Assembly: GCA_037441705.1 (NCBI GenBank)
Contig: JBBIRR010000037.1
Coordinates: forward strand, 1 to 38,341
DNA from: Ignavibacteriales bacterium
GTDB lineage: Bacteria > Bacteroidota > Ignavibacteria > UBA10030 > UBA6906
Direction: 5' to 3'
DNA: 38,341 nucleotides
The position numbers and the translations under genes were made by a program. This document shows, one piece after another, positions 23,525 through 32,765 of the stretch (positions are counted from its first letter, which is position 1; the number at the start of each line of letters is the position of its first letter). A model generated the notes under the pieces. The model saw only the letters and a list, made by a program, of their open reading frames with translations. It was not told the DNA's origin and ran no database searches.

Positions 23525-24539
23525 GAAAGGGCAACCTCATGAGTCTTGCATACCCTCGTGCGAGACGATTGATCACGCCGGCAATGCGCGGCGAGCGAAC
23601 CCCATCAAACACGTCGGCGCTCATGAGCGAAAGAATTCGGCTATCCTCGATGGTACGCGCTGCCTGCTCCTTCGTGCGTTTGCGCCTCAGCCAACCCGGA
23701 TGCGTCACCAGCCACACGTACGCCTGCATCGCGCCGCGCACCGACATTGATCGACTCATTGCCGCCCGTATGAGCGTTGCTAACATGTCTGCAATCAGAA
23801 GGGGCAGAAGCTTCAGCAGCGTTCGACGTTCATAGAACAACAAAAGATTCAACAGCCTGTTCCGCACCTGATAGAAGCTGATGAGCGACGAGGGCTGTCG
23901 CTGTGTCGTCTGACTTCCCCGATGATACACCACCGAGCCTTGTGCCATGCGAACATCTTTTCCCTTCAAGCGCACGCGCCAGCTCAGGTACACATCTTCA
24001 TGATACAAAAAGTAGTCGCTGAGGAACGGCTTACCGATTTCTTCCCGTCGAAACATGAGCGACGTGCCGCCGGCATAGAAGATCATCGAAAGATCGGTGA
24101 ACGCCCGCATGATGTTGTAGCCAAGATAGTTGATTGTCCCGTTCATGGCGTAGAACTCCGACGGCACGCCGTCCGTCAGCACCTTCGAAGCAGCAATCGC
24201 AACATTCGGGTCGGCCAACAGTGTCAGCAGCGGCGCCAGCCAGTTCTCATCCACGGTGGCGTCATTATTCAACAGAACAACGAACTCCCCCGTCGCTTCC
24301 TGAACGCCGATGTTATTACCGCCGGCGAAGCCAGCATTACGATTCAGTGCAATCACCCGCGCATCTGCAAATTCCTTCTTCACGATCTCGACGCTGCCAT
24401 CGGCCGATCCGTTATCCACCACAATCACTTCGATCGGGCGATATCGCTGGGCAAAGACACTGCGCAAACACGGTCGCAGAAGTTCAGCGCCGTTGTAGTT
24501 TACAATGACGATGCTGACAAGCCCTCTCTGCGTGTTCAT
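23517..24539 (-). CDS. GT2-family glycosyltransferase
   Basis: VSIVIVNYNG, VVDNGSADGS, NAGFAGGNN, LLNND, YFLYHEDVYLSWR. ATG 24539 overlaps the upstream stop (ATGA); the ORF-track extension to 24797 is rejected. Confidence 0.92.
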   Translation of the reverse strand: MNTQRGLVSIVIVNYNGAELLRPCLRSVFAQRYRPIEVIVVDNGSADGSVEIVKKEFADARVIALNRNAGFAGGNNIGVQEATGEFVVLLNNDATVDENWLAPLLTLLADPNVAIAASKVLTDGVPSEFYAMNGTINYLGYNIMRAFTDLSMIFYAGGTSLMFRREEIGKPFLSDYFLYHEDVYLSWRVRLKGKDVRMAQGSVVYHRGSQTTQRQPSSLISFYQVRNRLLNLLLFYERRTLLKLLPLLIADMLATLIRAAMSRSMSVRGAMQAYVWLVTHPGWLRRKRTKEQAARTIEDSRILSLMSADVFDGVRSPRIAGVINRLARGYARLMRLPFHV

Positions 24540-25672
24540 CGGGCGGCTAATGCGCAGTGATGTGGCAGAAGTTGACGATACACGTCCTCGGTTTTCTTGA
24601 TCATGGTATGGACGGAAAACTCCTCGGCAGCGCGACTCCTCGCGGCATCGCCCAACCGCTTTCGGAGTTCGGGATCGGCGATAAGCTCGCGCAACGCAGC
24701 AGCAAGGGCGGAGGCGTTCTGCGCTTCGACAAGGATTCCGTCCGCCCTGTCGGTCACGACCTCCTCGATACCCCCGATGCGTGTCGCGACGACACAACAG
24801 CCCGCCGCCATCGCCTCGATCAGAACGACGGGCAATCCTTCGAAGAGCGACGGCAGCACAAACACATCCAACATACCCAACAATTGCGGCGTGTCCCGAC
24901 GATATCCCAGGAACAACGCAGTGGTCAGGCCCAGGCTCGAGGCCTCTGCTTGCAAATGCGGCTTCATCGTTCCTTCCCCCACGATCACAACTCGCACGTT
25001 CGGATTCTCCTTGCTCACTTCCGCAACGGCTTGAAGAAGATACGTGATGCCCTTCTGCTCTTCAAGTCTTCCTATAAAACCGATGACGATGTCATCCGAA
25101 GAGATTCCTAAGCTCCGCCTCACCTCTCCACGATTCACCGGTTGGAAACGTTCGGGATTGATGCTGTTGTGTATGACGATGATCCTCTTGAGGCGGAGAA
25201 GCGGAAAGAATTTGCGGGAAAAGTTTCGCACATGATGGGAAACGGCGATGACGCGAGAGGCCAGCAGGCAATACAGGCTGTAGGCGATTCTTTCTTTGGT
25301 TGTAAACCAGTGATACGTGTTGTGAATCGTCTCGACGCGTCGAGCACGCCCCAGCACTCCGATAATGAGTCCGTACCAGTTGAAGTGATTGTGCACAATG
25401 TCCGGCTTGAATGCGCGCACAAAGCACCGCAGGACAGCGAATCGTTGCCATCGGCTGGATGCATCATAACACACGAGTTGTACGCCCGGCAGCCGTGCCA
25501 GCTCCGACGACGCGATCCCTCCGACGCGGAAAGCAACCGCTACATCGTATCGCTCCCGGTCGAGGAACCGCGCATACATGAGAATGACTTCTTCGAGTCC
25601 GCCTTTATCGAGGTTCTGCGTCACGATGAGGACTCGTATCTTCGGTTCGAGCGAGGAGGGTGTTGAGTTCAT
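24536..25672 (-). CDS. GT4-family (GT-B) glycosyltransferase
   Basis: GGLEEV, GFIGRLEEQKG, DVFVLPSLFEGLPVVLIEAMAAG (ExxxxxxxE). ATG 25672 follows the upstream stop at 25680. Confidence 0.93.
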   Translation of the reverse strand: MNSTPSSLEPKIRVLIVTQNLDKGGLEEVILMYARFLDRERYDVAVAFRVGGIASSELARLPGVQLVCYDASSRWQRFAVLRCFVRAFKPDIVHNHFNWYGLIIGVLGRARRVETIHNTYHWFTTKERIAYSLYCLLASRVIAVSHHVRNFSRKFFPLLRLKRIIVIHNSINPERFQPVNRGEVRRSLGISSDDIVIGFIGRLEEQKGITYLLQAVAEVSKENPNVRVVIVGEGTMKPHLQAEASSLGLTTALFLGYRRDTPQLLGMLDVFVLPSLFEGLPVVLIEAMAAGCCVVATRIGGIEEVVTDRADGILVEAQNASALAAALRELIADPELRKRLGDAARSRAAEEFSVHTMIKKTEDVYRQLLPHHCALAAR

Positions 25673-25679
25673 CGAAACT

Positions 25680-26516
25680 CTACTTCCAGCAGATGATTCG
25701 CAGTGAGTCATTGAGGGTAAGCTGCACGGGAGTTCGGTCGCGGCGCATCCGCGAAGCAACAACGGCTTTGAGGTATGCGGGGGTAATTTTTCTGCAGTAG
25801 GGAAACGTCATCAATCGTATCGCCTGGAAGCCGGCGCGCGTGAAGAGCGCCTTCGCACTCTTCGGCCCGTAGAGACAGATGTGTGCGCGCGGCTTTATGA
25901 GATCGGCGTGTTCCCGATACACGTATCGCGCAAAGAAGCCGTCAACATTCGGCGTCTCGATGACGAGCACGCCGCCCGGCACCAGGATGCGACGGATCTC
26001 CCGAAGATACTCAAGCGGCGTTGACAGATGTTCGAGCACATCGAACATGGAAACGGCATCGAAGGAATCGGATGGGAAGCGGGCATCGAGGAGCGAGCCT
26101 TTATGAACGTTCAAGCCTGCAGCCTTCGCTTCCTGCGCAGCCCACGAGGAAATTTCAACACCTGCGGCCTCCCAGCCTTTCTGCTGTGCAACGTGCAGCA
26201 CGCCTCCCGGGCCGCAACCAACATCGCAATACCTGCCCGGGCGGGTCGGAGCATACCGTTCAACGATGGCGAAGTATTCTTCGCGCAAGTCCTGCGTGCA
26301 CTGAGCAAAATAGTTCTCATACCCGCTGGTCGGCTCCTTCCCCTCATTGATGAAATAGGATTTCTTGGAGTAGAAGGCGATCAGTTCCTGTTCGCTCAGG
26401 CGTGGGTTCTCGTACACCAACGAGCACACGTTGCAGCGAACGTAGTTAGCTCCCTGCTTCGTCCACAATGGACGAGCATTGTCTGCACCACACACGGGAC
26501 AGGATACGAATTCCAT
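25680..26516 (-). CDS. class I SAM-dependent methyltransferase with N-terminal CxxC...CxxC zinc ribbon
   Basis: CPVC...CNVC; motif I CDVGCGPG; FDAVSMFDVLEH; LVPGGVLVIETPN. Alternative start GTG 26525. Confidence 0.9.
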   Translation of the reverse strand: MEFVSCPVCGADNARPLWTKQGANYVRCNVCSLVYENPRLSEQELIAFYSKKSYFINEGKEPTSGYENYFAQCTQDLREEYFAIVERYAPTRPGRYCDVGCGPGGVLHVAQQKGWEAAGVEISSWAAQEAKAAGLNVHKGSLLDARFPSDSFDAVSMFDVLEHLSTPLEYLREIRRILVPGGVLVIETPNVDGFFARYVYREHADLIKPRAHICLYGPKSAKALFTRAGFQAIRLMTFPYCRKITPAYLKAVVASRMRRDRTPVQLTLNDSLRIICWK

Positions 26517-26527
26517 CAGGCACAAGG

Positions 26528-27223
26528 TCAGGTTTTGGTTGCTGCATCTTCAGCGCGACGCTTGCGCGCCACCAGCAAATACCCCAACGTGAGATCGGGA
26601 TTGTAAAAGAGTCTGTCGAAGAACTTTCCCACCACTTGAGCAGGCCCGAAGATCAGGCGTGCGGCATGTGTTCGCCACTTCCTGTCGGCATTGGGAAGAT
26701 AGACCATCAGCGCGAGCATCTGGGCGATCGTTGCAAACGCTCCGTACCGCTCATGCAGCGCCACAACTTCGAGATTGTTGTTTTCGCAGAGCAGCTCCAG
26801 CGCGTAGCGCGTAAAGCGGTAGTAATCGTGCGGCTTTTCATGGAGACACCACAGTTGCGGCGCGGTGACGATCATAACGCCGCCCGTTTTCAGCACGCGG
26901 CTGGCCTCCGACACAAACAGCTCGGGATGTCGGACATGTTCGATTGCCTGATTCGAAATCACGGTATCGAACGTCTCGGAACGAAACGGCAGACGCAAGG
27001 CATCGGCGCACACATCAACCTGCTTAGTCTTGTCGGTATCCACATCCACGCCAATGTACGCCTGCGCGCGTTTGATGAACAATTTCTCGTATGGCTTCGC
27101 GCCGCAACCGATATCGAGGATCATGCCGCCCGCATAGCGCGCTGCATGCTTCATCGCCTGCGCAAGCGATTCCTGTTCAAGCTGTACGGGGTTCCTGAAG
27201 TAGTCAATGATCATCGTGGCCAT
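26528..27223 (-). CDS. class I SAM-dependent methyltransferase
   Basis: LDIGCGAKPY, DALRLPF, FDTVISNQAIEH, RVLKTGG, PHDYYRFT. Start uncertain (27235, 27223 or 27214). Confidence 0.9.
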   Translation of the reverse strand: MATMIIDYFRNPVQLEQESLAQAMKHAARYAGGMILDIGCGAKPYEKLFIKRAQAYIGVDVDTDKTKQVDVCADALRLPFRSETFDTVISNQAIEHVRHPELFVSEASRVLKTGGVMIVTAPQLWCLHEKPHDYYRFTRYALELLCENNNLEVVALHERYGAFATIAQMLALMVYLPNADRKWRTHAARLIFGPAQVVGKFFDRLFYNPDLTLGYLLVARKRRAEDAATKT

Positions 27224-27235
27224 AGTCTCCGTCAA

Positions 27236-28540
27236 TCACCGCATGTGCAACGCATTACGGGTGAGAAAGTAGTACGTCCCAGGAACAAGCAATCCCACCC
27301 CAGCGCTCAAGGCATACGCCATAGCTGCGCCATCGGCACCGAAGCGCGGCACCAGCAGCAGGTTTCCCGCCACAAAGACGGGAACCGATGCGGCCGACAT
27401 CAGCGGAAATACAGCAGACTTGTTCATCGCAAAAAGACTTGCATTGATTGGATATGCCGCTACCGTCAAGAGAAGTCCGACACACAGAATGCGCAGGACA
27501 GAGCTTGCTTCGACAAATTCGGCCCCGAACAGAATCCGTATGAGGGGGTCGGCCAGCAGCATCACCACCCCAACACCGGCCGCCATCATGCCGACAACCA
27601 CGAAGGCATTGCGCCGTTTTCTTCCCAAGCTTTCCAATGATGACGAAGCAGACATATCCGGCAGCAGCACCGTCATGTACGAACTCGCTGCAACCGTCAT
27701 CAACCCGGACACCTTCGAGGCGGCACCGTACAACCCCAACGCATTGGCATCGGAAAGTCCGCCAACAAATGCAAGATCGAGTCGCGCGCCCAACAGGGCA
27801 ATAGCCTGATAGAGCGAGATCCACTTGTTGAACCCGAACATCCGTCGCTCGAGTGTCCGATCATGCATGCCGAGCGCCAACTCCTTGAACGGAGCAACGG
27901 CGTAGAGAAGCATCAGATACACGAGAATCGAGATGATCTCAATCCAGATCAAGAGGGAGATGGATGACTGAACCAAGACGAGAACGGCGCCCAGAATCAG
28001 GACAAGTTTTGTGAGGCCGCGCCCGGAGAATATCAATGCATACGAACGAAAGTGTTTGTGTGCATGATAAATGGGAACGAAGATGCCTGCAAGAATGCCA
28101 AGCGCTACCGCAACGAGCGACAGGCGAAAATACGCGGCGATGCGATCATCAACATGGTGGAAGACGTACCCTACGATCGTGTCGAGAAAGAGAATGGCAA
28201 CAAGCAGCACGACAGCTCCTGCCGCCAATTTCCATCGCGTCACGATAGCGACAACGGCTTTCAGCTTCTGGCGATTGCCTTCGGCGATGCTCTCAGACCC
28301 GAATCGAATGACCGAGCTGTTGAAGCCGAAGTCCGCTACGTCGGTGAGCAGAACGATGAGCGAGATCATGAGCGAGTAGATGCCGTACTCTTCGACGCCA
28401 AGCGTGCGCGCCAGTAATGCTGCCGTGATAGCTCCCAGCATGCCGTTGAACGCAGACGATCCTGCGAGCCACAACGTGTTCTCGACGGTTTGCGACGCCG
28501 CTCCCCGCTTGAAGAAATCTATCATGCGCCTGATCATCAT
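27236..28540 (-). CDS. wzx: oligosaccharide flippase (Wzx/MOP superfamily)
   Basis: Many hydrophobic helices; LARTLGVEEYGIYS, DFGFNSSVIRF, LGLYGAASK, LFGAEF, LVPRFGADGAAMA. Confidence 0.88.
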   Translation of the reverse strand: MMIRRMIDFFKRGAASQTVENTLWLAGSSAFNGMLGAITAALLARTLGVEEYGIYSLMISLIVLLTDVADFGFNSSVIRFGSESIAEGNRQKLKAVVAIVTRWKLAAGAVVLLVAILFLDTIVGYVFHHVDDRIAAYFRLSLVAVALGILAGIFVPIYHAHKHFRSYALIFSGRGLTKLVLILGAVLVLVQSSISLLIWIEIISILVYLMLLYAVAPFKELALGMHDRTLERRMFGFNKWISLYQAIALLGARLDLAFVGGLSDANALGLYGAASKVSGLMTVAASSYMTVLLPDMSASSSLESLGRKRRNAFVVVGMMAAGVGVVMLLADPLIRILFGAEFVEASSVLRILCVGLLLTVAAYPINASLFAMNKSAVFPLMSAASVPVFVAGNLLLVPRFGADGAAMAYALSAGVGLLVPGTYYFLTRNALHMR

Positions 28541-29754
28541 CGGAGCGTTCGTTCCTCCACTCCAAGAGCATTCAGAAACGAACGGGCAAGCATCTTCCAG
28601 GAGTGTGCCGCTGCAACCTCGATGCGCGCCATCTGCTTCTCGGTATCACGCTCGGCGCATGCCCGCTTCACAGCAGCACAGAACGCCGCAGCCTCATCGC
28701 CAAAGTAGACAAGCCCCTCACGTTCAAACGCCTTCAGCTCATGCAGCGATGTGGAAACCACCGGCTTGCCGAGCGCGAAGTATTCGAATAGCTTCACAGG
28801 ATTGGTCGTCTCCGCAATCTCTCCCCGACGGAAAGGAATCATGCACACATCGAAGCCCTGAATGTACGCGGGAACATCATCGTACGATTTTCGTCCGAGC
28901 CAGAAGATGTTGAGCGATCGGCAAAGCTGCTGTACTTGTTGTTCGTGTTCGGCCGGGCCAACAAACACGAACGAGAAATCGGACATCGCCCGCGCCACGT
29001 CAGCAATCAGTTCGTAATCCAACCAGCCGGCAACACTGCCGACGTATCCGACGATCGGCCGTTGAATCTGCGTGAGATCGAGCGGGATGGTGCAGGCTGC
29101 AGCTTGCGTGCGGAACCACTCGACATCCACGCCGTTGGGAATGCGATGAATGGGCGTTGACGTGATGGTGCGGAGACGCGCTTCTAGTTTTTCGGCAGTC
29201 GTTACAACCACGTCCGTCTTCTGCAGCAGCATGCGTTCGTACGTGTAGAATCGAGCAAGCGACGCGCGGCCGGCGTAGATCGAAACATCATCCAAACAAT
29301 CATAACATACTCGCCCGAATGCGTTCCGTTCTATCACACTCCCCCAAAAAGGATTTTCGACAATGGCGACGCCTCCTCGGGCATCCTTGCCCGCAATCTC
29401 CCGCCGCAGAAACGCGTGATAGACCAGAGCATTCAATCTCTCGAGCATCTTCGAGTTGAATCGATTGACCGGAATGGTCACAGGCAGCGAAACGATCGTG
29501 AAGTGTCGCTGCGCAGGTGTTGCCCGACGTTTCTTCGGAACGAAGCGCGCAACAAGGAAGACGAGGGCAAGAACGTGGTACCAGAGACTGACGAAGAGAA
29601 AACGAACCGGATGAGGCTCCGCACTCAAGTCGCGCACGCCCGTCGGCTGCACGAATGTTACCGGAATGCCCATGGCCAGAACCTGGTTGGCAAGCTTCTG
29701 CGGCCGTTGATGAAGATAGTCGTACCGGATCGGAGAAAACCAATAGACGTGCAT
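28537..29754 (-). CDS. GT-B glycosyltransferase (TuaH-like)
   Basis: QRPQKLA, YDCLDD, IPNGVD, GYVGSVAGWLD, FDVCMIPF, NPVKLFEYFALGKPVVST. Confidence 0.9.
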   Translation of the reverse strand: MHVYWFSPIRYDYLHQRPQKLANQVLAMGIPVTFVQPTGVRDLSAEPHPVRFLFVSLWYHVLALVFLVARFVPKKRRATPAQRHFTIVSLPVTIPVNRFNSKMLERLNALVYHAFLRREIAGKDARGGVAIVENPFWGSVIERNAFGRVCYDCLDDVSIYAGRASLARFYTYERMLLQKTDVVVTTAEKLEARLRTITSTPIHRIPNGVDVEWFRTQAAACTIPLDLTQIQRPIVGYVGSVAGWLDYELIADVARAMSDFSFVFVGPAEHEQQVQQLCRSLNIFWLGRKSYDDVPAYIQGFDVCMIPFRRGEIAETTNPVKLFEYFALGKPVVSTSLHELKAFEREGLVYFGDEAAAFCAAVKRACAERDTEKQMARIEVAAAHSWKMLARSFLNALGVEERTLR

Positions 29755-30549
29755 TCAGTCGGGCTTTCGTGCAATCCACAGCGTACCGCTGCAGTGCAGC
29801 CAGGGTGAAATGGAACGGAGAACGCCGTCCAGAATCTTGCCGACGGCATTCAACTCCCAGCGTTTTGTCTTGTGACGCAGGAAGCGGAAGTCCGCGTGCA
29901 AGCCCATGTTCTTCGGCGGTAAGAAGTCATCGTGGACCATCTCCATGATTTCGAATCCTGCGTGCCGCAGGCGCTGCGAAAAGTCTTTTCGCCAGTAGCG
30001 GTATTCTTCGAACATCACGGGCGTTCTTGTCACCTTTCTATAAAGAGCTTGCAGGTCCTTCAGCCGATTGACACATGCAACTCTCACAACGTTCTGTGTC
30101 GGCACAGTCACCAGAAAGACCCCTCCGGGCTTCAGGAGCCGCATGACTTCGGCAAATGCAGCGTGCGGTCCCTCTTCGAAATGCTCAACAACACCCAACG
30201 AGATCACGGCGCCGAACGTTGCATCGGGAAATGACGTATGCAGAACATTGTCATACGTAATCGGGAGTGTCGGGTCAAAGCGTTTCGCATACGCAATGTC
30301 GCTGGTTGCGATGTCGATCCCGACGACATCGTAGCCGAGGCGGCGGAGATAGACAACCCAACGGCCTCGCCCCGAGCCGGCTTCAAGAATTTTGTCGGCG
30401 CGCGGCAGATACTTCCGAAAATACGGTTCGATAGTCTGAAGACGACAGAGCGCGACGTCTTCTTCAAGATCTTCGGCACCGTCGAGTTGACCGAGCGCCT
30501 CGATAGCGGCAACCCGATCTGCGCGTGCGTAACGTTTGTACGGCCTCAT
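29755..30549 (-). CDS. class I SAM-dependent methyltransferase
   Basis: ILEAGSGRG, VVGID, SLGVVEHFEEG, RLLKPGG; ATGA overlap with the upstream gene. Confidence 0.9.
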   Translation of the reverse strand: MRPYKRYARADRVAAIEALGQLDGAEDLEEDVALCRLQTIEPYFRKYLPRADKILEAGSGRGRWVVYLRRLGYDVVGIDIATSDIAYAKRFDPTLPITYDNVLHTSFPDATFGAVISLGVVEHFEEGPHAAFAEVMRLLKPGGVFLVTVPTQNVVRVACVNRLKDLQALYRKVTRTPVMFEEYRYWRKDFSQRLRHAGFEIMEMVHDDFLPPKNMGLHADFRFLRHKTKRWELNAVGKILDGVLRSISPWLHCSGTLWIARKPD

Positions 30550-31877
30550 GAGGCAGCTTCGCTCGGCGTCGGCACCGGTTGCTCGATTCTGCGAACCTTC
30601 ACCAGACGTATCCGGCGCTGACTTTTCTTGACGATGGTGAAGCAGAGGTTTTCGTATCGCAGTTCCTCGTTCAGCTCCGGAATCCGGCCCGTGAGTTTCT
30701 GAAGAAATCCGCTCACCGTGTCATACTCTTCGCCCAGAGGCAGACGGGCATTGAAACGTTCATTGAAATCATCCACCGCCATGCGCGCATTGATCAGGAA
30801 GGAACCATCGGCGGCTGACTCGACATCCTTTACCTCTTCGTCGTACTCGTCGTGAATCTCGCCGACAATCTCTTCGAGAATATCCTCCATTGTAATGATG
30901 CCGGCGGTCCCGCCGAACTCATCAATCACAACGGCCATGTGGAGCTTGCGCTGCTGCATCTCGCGCATAAGCTGACTGATCTTTTTCGTTTCCGGAACGA
31001 AGTAGACGGGACGCAGAATGTCGTGAATGATGATGAGATTCTTGTGCTCCAGCAAGCCGAGGATGTCTTTGGCGTACACGATGCCCACGATGTTGTCGAT
31101 CGTATCCTTGTACACCGGCATGCGGGAATAGCCTTCCTCCAGCACCTTGCGCACCGCTTCTTCTCGTGCCATGTTGATGTTGAGTGCAACAACATCGGGA
31201 CGAGGGATCATCACTTCCTTGGCGGTTGTGTCTGTGAACTCGAAGATGCTTTCGATCAACTCATGTTCGGTCTTGTCGATGACGCCTGTCTTCGTCCCCT
31301 CTTCCAGCATGAGTTTGAATTCTTCTTCGGAGATTCGCGACTCCGTGAACGTCGTTTGATCCTTGAACGGCTTCAGGAACAGATTGCTGGCACCGGTCAG
31401 GAGATGAATGGGGAACCGAAAGACCGTGGCCAGAACCTGAATGGGCCGGGCGACGCGCAGGGCAACCTGTTCGGGAAAGCGCAGCGCCAACGACTTAGGA
31501 ACCAACTCCCCGAAGACCACCAGCAGGAAGGAGATGCTCGTGGCAATAATGCCCAACGCAATCCAGTTTGCTCCTTCGCTGATCCAGTGCGTTGTGCTTG
31601 CGGCAAAGGCCGGAGCCAGATGCTGGAATCCCATGATCCCGCCGATGCCGGATGCCAGCGTGATGGAGAAGATGACGCCGGCGTGAATCGTCGCGAGGAA
31701 GCGTTCGGGGTTCGACTGAAAGTTCAGGACAATGGCGGCTCGGCGGTTACCGCGCTCGGACAGCTCTTGCATTCTGCTCTTGCGCGTGGAAAGCACGGCC
31801 ACTTCACTCGCTGAAAAGAATCCGACGAGGGAGACCAGCACCACCACGCCGAAGACCTCGAACCAGAATGCATCCAT
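30546..31877 (-). CDS. hemolysin-family CNNM/CBS/CorC membrane protein (Mg2+/Co2+ homeostasis type)
   Basis: GFFSASEVA, VVFGELVPKSLA (DUF21/CNNM), EVMIPRPD, YSRMPVY, VVIDEFGGTAGIITMEDILEEIVGEIHDEYD, C-terminal CorC domain. Confidence 0.94.
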   Translation of the reverse strand: MDAFWFEVFGVVVLVSLVGFFSASEVAVLSTRKSRMQELSERGNRRAAIVLNFQSNPERFLATIHAGVIFSITLASGIGGIMGFQHLAPAFAASTTHWISEGANWIALGIIATSISFLLVVFGELVPKSLALRFPEQVALRVARPIQVLATVFRFPIHLLTGASNLFLKPFKDQTTFTESRISEEEFKLMLEEGTKTGVIDKTEHELIESIFEFTDTTAKEVMIPRPDVVALNINMAREEAVRKVLEEGYSRMPVYKDTIDNIVGIVYAKDILGLLEHKNLIIIHDILRPVYFVPETKKISQLMREMQQRKLHMAVVIDEFGGTAGIITMEDILEEIVGEIHDEYDEEVKDVESAADGSFLINARMAVDDFNERFNARLPLGEEYDTVSGFLQKLTGRIPELNEELRYENLCFTIVKKSQRRIRLVKVRRIEQPVPTPSEAAS

Positions 31878-31990
31878 TGATGGGGGAATGATTCTTGTGC
31901 ACGAAACTGCTACAATTAACCAAAAAACGCAGTGATTTCCAAAGAAGGGAAAACTCCACCCAAAGCTACCGAGCAGAGATCTGCTACAAC

Positions 31991-32015
31991 AAAAAGGCGA
32001 GCCGTTCGCTCGCCT
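31991..32015 (-). terminator. rho-independent terminator of bioY
   Basis: AGGCGAGC / GCTCGCCT stem with an A-run on its left. Confidence 0.65.
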
Positions 32016-32042
32016 CCGAGTAATACTGCAATGAGCAACCGC

Positions 32043-32618
32043 TTACCGAGCAACGCTGAGCCGCCTGGTCGCTTCGCTATAGATGGCAGCCGCAGCGGTC
32101 AGCTTCAGTAGATCCCACCACGAAAATGCTAGGAACCCCGAGCCGATCGCCGTCCGAACGTCGTGCAGATAGAATGCGTAGAGATGAAACGTTCCCGACG
32201 CGAAGATCAGCAGCAAGCCTGCAAGCATCGAGACCCATACACCCACGAAACTTCTGAAGCCTTTTGTAAGAGAACCGACAAGCGCAGCGGCAAAGGGAAA
32301 GGCAAGCAAATAGCCGCCCGTCGGTCCGACGAGTGTCATCACCCCAAAACCTCCGAGTGCGAACACGGGCACACCTAAAGCTCCGATCAGAAGATACACC
32401 ATCTGGCTCAAGGCACCGCCGCGCGCACCGAGGAATGCGCCGGCAAGAAGAACGAAGAATGTTTGCAGCGTGTACGGCACGGGATCATGGGGGATCTCAA
32501 CGCGCGCCCCGACGGCGGTCGCTGCAGCAAACAGCGAAACCCAGAGCGTTTGCGAGAGACGCGCGTTGTCAACGAGGGGAAAACGTTTCGTCAGGGTTGC
32601 TTCGCGATGCATGAGCAT
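32043..32618 (-). CDS. bioY: biotin transporter BioY (ECF S component)
   Basis: PVPYTLQTFFVLLAG, YLLIGALGVPVFA, GPTGGYLLAF, DLLK. Confidence 0.95.
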   Translation of the reverse strand: MLMHREATLTKRFPLVDNARLSQTLWVSLFAAATAVGARVEIPHDPVPYTLQTFFVLLAGAFLGARGGALSQMVYLLIGALGVPVFALGGFGVMTLVGPTGGYLLAFPFAAALVGSLTKGFRSFVGVWVSMLAGLLLIFASGTFHLYAFYLHDVRTAIGSGFLAFSWWDLLKLTAAAAIYSEATRRLSVAR

Positions 32619-32656
32619 GCTCCAATGATGTTGGCGTTGGGGAATGATGTGTGGAG

Positions 32657-32685
32657 AAAATACTCATTCGTGCCGAGAGAGTCAA
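32657..32685 (-). promoter_or_regulatory. sigma70-type promoter of bioY
   Basis: Minus strand TTGACT, 17 bp, TATTTT. Confidence 0.6.
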
Positions 32686-32692
32686 CGACATG

Positions 32693-32721
32693 TTGTGAAT
32701 CGTCTATCTATTGAGTATCTT
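32693..32721 (+). promoter_or_regulatory. sigma70-type promoter of the carboxypeptidase (back-to-back with the bioY promoter)
   Basis: TTGTGA (32693-32698), 17 bp, TATCTT (32716-32721). Confidence 0.55.
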
Positions 32722-32765
32722 GCGTGCGTCACCAGTTCCCTTCCTTACTACACGGGGTACCTCTC

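Noticed and set aside
30546-31877. Toxin or virulence interpretation of the 'hemolysin family' gene
   Set aside because: The motifs are those of ubiquitous CNNM/CBS/CorC metal-homeostasis proteins.
31972-31985. Palindrome AGCAGA-GA-TCTGCT upstream of the CNNM gene
   Set aside because: It is a single 6-bp inverted repeat with no second copy or recognizable regulator motif, so it is compatible with chance.
32620-32720. BirA operator upstream of bioY, and the TACTCA...TGAGTA inverted repeat
   Set aside because: There is no TGTAAAC-N14/16-GTTTACA match; the inverted repeat is explained by the two divergent promoters sharing TGAG-TA.
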